Notes under the pieces: model-generated
Seen by the model: the letters and a program-made list of their open reading frames with translations, nothing else
What the model was told of the DNA's origin: nothing
Database searches by the model: none
Position numbers and translations under genes: made by a program
Part shown: positions 56,879-64,000 of the stretch, one piece after another
Layout of the letters: each line of letters begins with the position of its first letter
Position numbering within the stretch: position 1 is the stretch's first letter
Origin: Verrucomicrobiota bacterium
GTDB lineage: Bacteria > Verrucomicrobiota > Verrucomicrobiia > Verrucomicrobiales > DEV007
Length of the DNA stretch: 64,000 bases
Assembly: GCA_045046875.1 (NCBI GenBank)
Contig: JASFYY010000073.1
Location: 1-64,000, forward strand
Direction of reading: 5' to 3'

Positions 56879-58348
56879 TTAAACCAGAATATCTTTGATA
56901 ATCGGGGCCTCTTCCACCCCGGTAAGACGTGCATCGAGCCCTTGATGTTTGACGCTGAAACGGTCATGCTCGATTCCCATCTGGTTCAAAATCGTTGCGT
57001 TCAGAGAATTGATATGCACCGGATCCTTAACCACATTGTAACTGAATTCATCAGTCTCTCCATGCACCACTCCCCCTTTGACGCCCCCGCCAGCCATCCA
57101 AATGCTGAAACAACGAGGGTGATGGTCTCTGCCATAATTTGTCTTCGTCAATCCACCCTGACAATAAATCGTACGGCCGAATTCCCCGCCCCAGATCACC
57201 AGCGTATCATCCAGCAATCCACGCTGCTTGAGATCCTGAACCAGCGCCCAGCTCGCCTGATCCACATCCATACACTGCTTGGGCAGGTCTTTCGGCAAAC
57301 TACCATGCTGATCCCAACCGCGATGGAAAATCTGGGTAAAACGCACCCCACGCTCTGCCATGCGACGCGCCAGCAAACAGTTATAAGCAAAAGTCCCCGG
57401 CTTCTTCGAATCCTCACCATAGAGTTCAAAGGTTTTTTTGGGTTCGGCTGACATATCGGTCAAATCAGGCACCGAGCTCTGCATCCGGAAAGCCATTTCA
57501 TACTGGGCGATGCGTGCCTGTGTTTCAGGATCCCCTCCGCGCGCAAATTGGTTCTCATTCATCTTGCGCAGACCATCGAGCATCATGCGACGGCGTTTGG
57601 CATCCACCCCCTTGGGATTGGAAAGATACAAAACGGGATCCCCTTGTGACCGCAGCGCCACTCCCTGATGTTTTGATGGCAAAAAACCACTGCCCCACAA
57701 ACGTTCATACAAAGCCTGGGCCTCTTTGCGCCCGCTCCATGATGAATTCAAAACCACAAAAGCCGGCAGGTCTTCATTCTCGCTCCCCAAACCGTAACTC
57801 AACCAGGATCCCAAACTCGGCCAGCCTGGAATTTGACGGCCGGTTTGAATATACGTGATCGCCGGATCGTGATTGATCGCCTCCGTCCACATCGAGTTCA
57901 CCACCGCAATGTCATCGGTCATGCGCGCGGTGTAAGGCAACAACTCGCTCACCCAGGTTCCTGATTGCCCATGTTGTTTAAAATCATAAATCGACGGAGC
58001 AATAGGGAAACGTTTTTGCTTTGACGTCATTGTTGTCAAACGCTGCCCATTCCGAATCGTCTCCGGCAGGTCCTTATCGAACCATTTTTTCATCTCCGGT
58101 TTGTAATCGAGCAAATCCTGCTGGGCCGGTGCGCCCGCCATGAATAAATAAATCGCCCGTTTGGCCTTCGGCGCAATGTGGCGGAATTGCTCGGGAATAG
58201 CACCACTGCCGATGCTCGTTTGCCCCACCGCTCCCAGATTATCACGCCCCATCAAGGATGCTAAAGCGGCAGTCCCCAGACCCACTGCGGATTTGCCAAA
58301 AAACTGGCGCCGGGTTTCCTGCTCTATGTATTGTTTGATCGGATTCAT
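56879..58348 (-). CDS. DUF1501 protein with Tat signal
   Basis: TRRQFF twin-Arg; [43 protein letters not shown]. Confidence 0.92.
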   Translation of the reverse strand: MNPIKQYIEQETRRQFFGKSAVGLGTAALASLMGRDNLGAVGQTSIGSGAIPEQFRHIAPKAKRAIYLFMAGAPAQQDLLDYKPEMKKWFDKDLPETIRNGQRLTTMTSKQKRFPIAPSIYDFKQHGQSGTWVSELLPYTARMTDDIAVVNSMWTEAINHDPAITYIQTGRQIPGWPSLGSWLSYGLGSENEDLPAFVVLNSSWSGRKEAQALYERLWGSGFLPSKHQGVALRSQGDPVLYLSNPKGVDAKRRRMMLDGLRKMNENQFARGGDPETQARIAQYEMAFRMQSSVPDLTDMSAEPKKTFELYGEDSKKPGTFAYNCLLARRMAERGVRFTQIFHRGWDQHGSLPKDLPKQCMDVDQASWALVQDLKQRGLLDDTLVIWGGEFGRTIYCQGGLTKTNYGRDHHPRCFSIWMAGGGVKGGVVHGETDEFSYNVVKDPVHINSLNATILNQMGIEHDRFSVKHQGLDARLTGVEEAPIIKDILV

Positions 58349-58378
58349 CTTGATATTCAGTGTGGTTTCAAACGTCGC

Positions 58379-61300
58379 TTAGTTTTTATTGATCACCTCA
58401 TCCAGATTCAACATCTGGTTGGCCAGCATGATCCACGATGCCAGTTGCACCGGATTCATGGCTGTATCTCCCGCAGCAGACATCTCCCCCATCAAATCCT
58501 TTGCAGCGGCCACGTCTCCAGCATAATTTTTCTCGAACAATTGATAGGAATTTTTCATGATCGCCAAATCATCCCCACTGAGCGGGCGAGCCAACAACAC
58601 TCTGGACAGAAAAGCCATGCGTTCATCCAGGGTTTTGCCACTGCGTGCCGTGCGCACCGCCAGGTGCCGCGCTGCATCGATATACTGCGGATCATTCATC
58701 AGCACCAGAGCCTGCAAGGGCGTATTGGTGCGTTCGCGCGATATCACACAGCTCTCACGGTTGGGTGCATTGAACAAACTCATGTTCGGAGGCGGGGAGG
58801 TGCGTTTGATAAATGTATAAATGCTACGGCGATAAACCGCTTTGCCGTAATCTTGCGAAAAGGTCTGGGTATTACTTCCGGTATAACCCACCGCTGCCCA
58901 CAAACCACCAGGCTGATAGGGTTTAACCGCCGGCCCACCAATTTTATTCACCAAAATCCCTCCAGCCAACAAAGCCTGGTCCCGGATCATCTCCGCATCC
59001 AGACGAAAACGCGGCCCACGCGCGAGCAGAATATTCTGCGGGTCTTTCTCCAATAATTCTGGCGTCACCCGCGAGGATTGGCGGTAGGTGGCAGACATCA
59101 TGATTTTTTTGTACATGGCCTTCATATCCCACCCATTCCCCATGAATTGGATCGCCAGCCAATCGAGCAGTTGCGGATGACTCGGCGACACACCCTGCGC
59201 ACCAAAGTCCCCAGCCGTCTTCACCAGGCCCGTTCCAAACAGCTCACTCCAAAAACGATTGAGCGTCACTCGTGAGGTCAGAGGGTTCTCCCGATCCACT
59301 ACCCAGCGAGCCAAGCCAAGTCGATTTTTCTCCGCCCCTTCAGGTAAGTCATTAAGAACCTTGGGAACCCCGGGTGTCACTTTTTCCTTATGTTTGTCAT
59401 ACTCCCCACGATCCAACACGTAAGCAGAAGCTTCGCCTTTTTTCTCTTCCCAAACCAAAGTTTCCGGAACCCGGCTGAGGATTTGATTACGCTTGTTTGC
59501 CAAATCCGACTTGGCATAAAAACTCTTCTTATATTCAGCCTGGGTGCTCAGATTAAATAGCGCACTCAACAGCTTTTCATCATCTCCCTTGATCTCCTTT
59601 TTCTTGGCTATTGCAGCCATGCTTTTGCGATTTTTAATCAACAAAGCCTCAAGCTCCGTCAGGCAACGGTCATAAATCTGCAAATTTTCCACTTTCACCA
59701 CCATCGCATCCTTGGAGCCCTTCCCTCCAACCATCAAGCTTGCCCCGGCAGCATCACAATCCCCTTCCATGGTATCCACCCAGTTACGATAAAGCCGACT
59801 GCCGGGAAACTTCCCTGCCAGAAAAAAACTGATTCCCTGTGACGTGCCCGAACCATCATAAGTAACCACCACATCAGTTTGTGAGCCTTCTTTGAATTTT
59901 CGCGTGGTTCCCCGTCGCAGCGTGCGCTCGGGCCATTGTTCAATTAACTCCAGGATCAAACCTTGGTCTTCCCACAACAAGCGGTAACCCCGTTGCCCTT
60001 TTTTAGCATCCACCCGCGCCAGCACCACTGCTTTCCCAGCTTCCGCAGGAGCTTTCATACGAAAGCTGATCGAAAACGGCTGCGAACGGTTAAAGGCCGC
60101 CACCTTACCTAGATTGAGAGCCAGGCTTTTTTCATCCACACTCACTTCTTTCTCCAGTAAGGCCCCGGGAAAGCGCAAATCCTTCGCAGCTTTCACCACC
60201 TGATCCACATTCTTGCGCCACGCATCAAATCCTGCTTTATTTTTCCCTTTGATCTGTTTGAGCTTTTTATCCTCGCCATCCATTTGCTGTTTCAGCTTCG
60301 TTGCCTCTTCTTCGACCTTCTTGGAAGGATACACCCGGATCGAAGGCTTACTTTCAATTGAATTCAGATCCATGCCCGGCTGGGTGGTATTATTAAAATA
60401 CGCTACCATCTGATAAAACTCCTTCTGCTTGATCGGATCAAACTTATGATCATGACATTGAGTGCATCCCAAGGTCAAACCCAGCCACACCGAACCGGTG
60501 GTCGCCACCCGGTCAATCGCATAACGACTGAGAAACTCCTCCGCAATCGCACCGCCCTCACTGGTGGTCACATTGCAGCGATTAAACCCCGTCGCAACCA
60601 ATTGATCCTGAGTCGGATTAGGCAATAAGTCCCCTGCCAACTGCTCAATGGTGAATTGATCAAAAGGCATATTATTGTTGTAAGCACGAATCACCCAATC
60701 ACGATAAGGCCAGATGCTGCGATAATTATCCAAATGCAGTCCGTGGGTATCTCCGTAACGCGCCGCGTCCAACCAGTAACGTGCGCGGTGCTCACCATAA
60801 CGAGGAGATTCCAACAAGCCGTCCACCAACTTTTCATAAGCATTATCACTGCGATCATCGACAAAACCCTCCACCGCTTCAGGAGTCGGAGGCAGGCCCG
60901 TGGCATCAAATGTTACCCGACGAATCAAAGTGCGGCGATCTGCTTCAGGTGATGGAGTCAATCCCTCTTCCTCCAAATTGGCCAATACAAAACGATCAAT
61001 TTCATTCACTCCCCACTTACCCTTGACCGACGGCAGCTCTTCGTTTTTCGGTGCGATGAAAGCCCAATGGGATTCCCACTCCGCCCCCTGCTCAATCCAC
61101 TTTTTCACCTTGGCGATCTGCTGGGGTTTCATCACTTTGTGAGAATCTCCCGGCGGCATCAGATCGTCCGGGTCACGGGCGATCAAACGACGATACAAAT
61201 CACTCTTGGCAGGATCTCCACGTTTGATCAACACCGCTTTGTCCTTGCCCCGCTTGACAAACACTTGATCCGGAAGGTCGAGGCGCAGCTTTGCCTCGCG

Positions 61301-62122
61301 GGAGCCTTCATCCGGCCCATGACAATGATAACAATTATCCGACAACAAAGGACGAATATCACGGTTAAAGGAGATTTTCTTGGATGCTCCCTGATCATTG
61401 GAAAAAGTAGTCGGTGGCCGTTTTAAGTTGCCTGGCGCCACTGCCGTCAACAGCATCGACTCGTATTTATCCATTGGATTCGAATCATGCTCCTCATTAC
61501 CCCCTTCTTGCTGCACTTGCACCGGCGTCAAAGGTTCCTCATTCTTGGTTTTAACTTGCCCGACCAGCCCGACCAACTCAACTTGCTCCACCTTTTCCTC
61601 CTGACCTGCTTCGGTCTTCTGCGCTGCTACTAAAACTGAAGTTCCATTTACCTCAGTAGATTTCACCATTGCTTTGGGACTTTCCTCGTGATCTACCTGA
61701 ACGGAATCAACCATCTGCCCTGTTTCTTGCTGGGAAGCCAAAATCACCAAGGCCAATAAGGATACCACCACCGCTGCCGCTGCCGCCATCCCCCAGTCAC
61801 GCGAGATCCCGCCCGTGCGCCGCACGTCTCCCGTCTCCCGCAGTTCGTTTTCCAGTAAATCGCCCAACGATGCTTTTGGCAGATGCTCCTGTGACAAGGA
61901 CACCACATTCTGCGGCAAACGATCTGCGACCAATTCCCGGTAAAGCTCCTGATCCTCTTCCAGAAGTGTGCTCAACTCGCAATAATCATGATAATGCGCC
62001 CGTGCTTTTTCACTCTCTTTCAACAGAGCGATCAGATCCTGCTCATCCTGTCCGCCAAATTTTCCGGCGGATTTTTTCGCCAGCAATCCTTCCAGTTTTT
62101 TAATCATCTGTTGCTCACTCAT
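58379..62122 (-). CDS. PSD1/DUF1549/DUF1553 planctomycete cytochrome c protein with an N-terminal anti-sigma-like domain
   Basis: FNRDIRPLLSDNCYHCHG, WLDAARYGDT, CTQCHDHKFDP, PSHPQLLDWLA, TNTPLQAL; N-terminal helical domain plus TM. Confidence 0.9.
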   Translation of the reverse strand: MSEQQMIKKLEGLLAKKSAGKFGGQDEQDLIALLKESEKARAHYHDYCELSTLLEEDQELYRELVADRLPQNVVSLSQEHLPKASLGDLLENELRETGDVRRTGGISRDWGMAAAAAVVVSLLALVILASQQETGQMVDSVQVDHEESPKAMVKSTEVNGTSVLVAAQKTEAGQEEKVEQVELVGLVGQVKTKNEEPLTPVQVQQEGGNEEHDSNPMDKYESMLLTAVAPGNLKRPPTTFSNDQGASKKISFNRDIRPLLSDNCYHCHGPDEGSREAKLRLDLPDQVFVKRGKDKAVLIKRGDPAKSDLYRRLIARDPDDLMPPGDSHKVMKPQQIAKVKKWIEQGAEWESHWAFIAPKNEELPSVKGKWGVNEIDRFVLANLEEEGLTPSPEADRRTLIRRVTFDATGLPPTPEAVEGFVDDRSDNAYEKLVDGLLESPRYGEHRARYWLDAARYGDTHGLHLDNYRSIWPYRDWVIRAYNNNMPFDQFTIEQLAGDLLPNPTQDQLVATGFNRCNVTTSEGGAIAEEFLSRYAIDRVATTGSVWLGLTLGCTQCHDHKFDPIKQKEFYQMVAYFNNTTQPGMDLNSIESKPSIRVYPSKKVEEEATKLKQQMDGEDKKLKQIKGKNKAGFDAWRKNVDQVVKAAKDLRFPGALLEKEVSVDEKSLALNLGKVAAFNRSQPFSISFRMKAPAEAGKAVVLARVDAKKGQRGYRLLWEDQGLILELIEQWPERTLRRGTTRKFKEGSQTDVVVTYDGSGTSQGISFFLAGKFPGSRLYRNWVDTMEGDCDAAGASLMVGGKGSKDAMVVKVENLQIYDRCLTELEALLIKNRKSMAAIAKKKEIKGDDEKLLSALFNLSTQAEYKKSFYAKSDLANKRNQILSRVPETLVWEEKKGEASAYVLDRGEYDKHKEKVTPGVPKVLNDLPEGAEKNRLGLARWVVDRENPLTSRVTLNRFWSELFGTGLVKTAGDFGAQGVSPSHPQLLDWLAIQFMGNGWDMKAMYKKIMMSATYRQSSRVTPELLEKDPQNILLARGPRFRLDAEMIRDQALLAGGILVNKIGGPAVKPYQPGGLWAAVGYTGSNTQTFSQDYGKAVYRRSIYTFIKRTSPPPNMSLFNAPNRESCVISRERTNTPLQALVLMNDPQYIDAARHLAVRTARSGKTLDERMAFLSRVLLARPLSGDDLAIMKNSYQLFEKNYAGDVAAAKDLMGEMSAAGDTAMNPVQLASWIMLANQMLNLDEVINKN

Positions 62123-62150
62123 GATTCCAAATTTTTCTCAATTTCCCTAC

Positions 62151-62696
62151 TCACTCTCCGCCTTTCACCGACTGCAATCGTCGTGACACACATTTCATTA
62201 AATTTGTTTTTATTCGAAAAAGTTGCTGCGATATAGCATTCGCATTGGTTCCCGATTCTTCCGCAATCCGCGCCACCCCTTTTTGATCCACATAACGCTC
62301 GACCAGCATCGTTTTCTGCTTTTGCGACAAACGACGCATGCACTCCGCCAAGGCTTCGCGGCGATCTTCAAACTGATCACTGTGCGCCTCCGCCGTTGAC
62401 GCCATTTTTTCCAGCAAATCGCCATCAAACAAAATCCGTTCCCGTCCCATCGTCCGCCGCTGGGTCAGCACCTCAAAATAAGCCACCCGCCTCGCCCAGG
62501 CAGAAAAACTACTTCCCAATTGAAAATCTTTCGATTTTTTCAGCAGCACCAGATTGGTCTGCTGCAATACGTCTTTGGCGATATCCTGATTCGATACCAA
62601 CGACCTGATATAGGCCAACAAACGGGTCTGATGAGAAACCATCAACTCAGTAAAATCCATCGATGTTTCGGGGTTATAAACGGGCTTTGGATGCAT
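62151..62696 (-). CDS. ECF sigma factor, Rhodopirellula/Verrucomicrobium type (TIGR02989-like)
   Basis: HQTRLLAYIRSLV, DVLQQTN, FSAWARRVAYFEV, L.RIK..L.KCV. Confidence 0.9.
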   Translation of the reverse strand: MHPKPVYNPETSMDFTELMVSHQTRLLAYIRSLVSNQDIAKDVLQQTNLVLLKKSKDFQLGSSFSAWARRVAYFEVLTQRRTMGRERILFDGDLLEKMASTAEAHSDQFEDRREALAECMRRLSQKQKTMLVERYVDQKGVARIAEESGTNANAISQQLFRIKTNLMKCVSRRLQSVKGGE

Positions 62697-62929
62697 AAAA
62701 TGTTACAGAAAACAATTCACCTTCACTCTACACACTCCTCAATGATGCCAAATCTTATGGATTATTTGCTCTTTTTTTGCAACAAAATCGACCGTAGCGG
62801 TTTAAATCGGGACTAATTTCGAGTAAAAACACTCAAAAATTCAACATTTCCAAAACATTATTGTCAAAATAACCATCAAAGGCACGTTCGTCTTGCCTTT
62901 TTTGTCACTTTGTCGATATATCCACCGAA

Positions 62930-63775
62930 ATGTCACGTCCATTTATTCTATTTTTATTCCTATTTTTGCCAACTCTGTTCAGTTCGGCACTCGATTCCCT
63001 GTACGCTCAAGACAAGGATTACCATTCTTTCACGGACAAAAAATCCCAGACCATCGAAGCCGCTTTGGTAGCTGTCAGTATGGATAAAAGCAAAGTCACC
63101 ATCGAACGCAAAAAAGACGGTGGAAAATTCGAAATCCCCATCCTCACCCTCAGTCTCAATGATCAACAGTACATCAAAAACTGGTTGATCACCCATCCCA
63201 TCAAGTCCGCCTACAACATCGAATTCACCCTTTCCAAACACAACACCTCATCCGAACGCATCAAGCGGCCCGGTGGAGAACGTGCCGTCACTCAGAAATT
63301 CGTCTATGAAATGGAGTTCAAAAACCTTTCTCGTGAAAACCTGAAAGGGGCCACCCTGGAATATTATGTGATCACCGTGCATGGAATTTACGTCTACCCT
63401 GACTCCGAAACAGGAGAACCTATATGGATGGGCAACGTCCCCCCTCCCAAACGAGATCGCAAAAAGAACCCCACCAAGTTCAAACAACCTATCTCGGTAA
63501 AACACGGCCAGCACAAGCTTGACAATCTGGCATTCAACTTCACCGCCAGTATCGAATCCGAAGAATTACAATTACGTGAGATTATTCTTGATGGTGGCGA
63601 CGTATTTGCCGCTGACAAAATCGGCGGCTTAATCGCCCGCCTTACCGATGCTTCGGGGCAGGAAATCGGCATTTTTCGATCTAATGATACCGCTGTGCAA
63701 AATATGCCATGGGAACGCATCAGCCAGCTCCCACCTGGCGACCCCACGGGCGTGGCCAGCGCACCGGGATCATGA
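62930..63775 (+). CDS. Exported protein with SHD1-like N-terminal domain
   Basis: Signal peptide; YHSFTDKK..TIEA.L...IPI..LS..DQQYI pattern. Confidence 0.65.
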   Translation: MSRPFILFLFLFLPTLFSSALDSLYAQDKDYHSFTDKKSQTIEAALVAVSMDKSKVTIERKKDGGKFEIPILTLSLNDQQYIKNWLITHPIKSAYNIEFTLSKHNTSSERIKRPGGERAVTQKFVYEMEFKNLSRENLKGATLEYYVITVHGIYVYPDSETGEPIWMGNVPPPKRDRKKNPTKFKQPISVKHGQHKLDNLAFNFTASIESEELQLREIILDGGDVFAADKIGGLIARLTDASGQEIGIFRSNDTAVQNMPWERISQLPPGDPTGVASAPGS

Positions 63776-63880
63776 ACCCAGGGCGCCCTTTCATCGGCTC
63801 GATAGTTAGCCATGCCCGCCTTCAAAGCTTGACCCCGGCAGTTCAGCTCGGCTAATCTCCCTGCGTAAGCTTCTTTAAAG

Positions 63881-64000
63881 ATGAAAACCCTCATTTTCAC
63901 TTCTCCCATTCTTTTTGCCTCCCGCTGCGCAGTCTTCTGCTCAATATTATTCGCCTACTACTGCCAGGCAGCACAAACACAAAACAGCTATCATGTTTTC
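63881..64000 (+). CDS. 5' part of a probable paralogue of the SHD1-like gene (runs off window)
   Basis: Manual translation MKTLIFTSPILFASRCAVFCSILFAYYCQAAQTQNSYHVF: signal-like, ending in YHVF like YHSF of the previous gene. Confidence 0.45.
   Translation, partial: MKTLIFTSPILFASRCAVFCSILFAYYCQAAQTQNSYHVF

Noticed and set aside
1..64000. tRNA, rRNA, riboswitch, integrase or transposase genes
   Set aside because: None recognised by eye; a covariance-model scan would be needed to exclude small RNAs

Overview
64 kb of bacterial chromosome, most likely Verrucomicrobiota or another PVC lineage. This is inferred from the DUF1501 plus PSD1/planctomycete-cytochrome genes, a PVC-type ECF sigma factor, a sulfatase and a C39-like protein. 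About 45 CDS; I recognised no rRNA, tRNA, CRISPR array, transposase or integrase. Two loci stand out. (1) 30.5-54.7 kb: a Lap-like type I secretion system (HlyD adaptor, LapB-type ABC transporter, TolC) and its 1434-aa acidic RTX substrate. They are interleaved with about ten putative tailoring genes: a sulfotransferase, a 2OG-Fe(II) oxygenase, a GT2-TPR, two GT4s, two PaaK/CapK-like adenylating enzymes, a GNAT, TIGR03032 and a cyanophycin-synthetase homologue whose ATP-grasp site looks dead. This is a candidate system for multi-step post-translational decoration of a secreted surface protein. The substrate has unusual RTX-plus-Ala/Asp beta-hairpin repeats and an FrpC-type self-processing module with Thr-Pro instead of Asp-Pro. 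(2) 7.2-12.3 kb: a minimal type VII-like operon in a diderm, with two WXG100-like proteins carrying WQD, a helical partner and an EccC/EssC-like FtsK ATPase. An AT-rich lipase-effector/immunity-like pair follows it. The window also has two small insertions flanked by duplications of a host gene's 3' end, several REP/palindromic repeat families, an RTX gene relic and an anti-sigma/cytochrome-c fusion. All family assignments come from motif recognition by eye, not from database searches.
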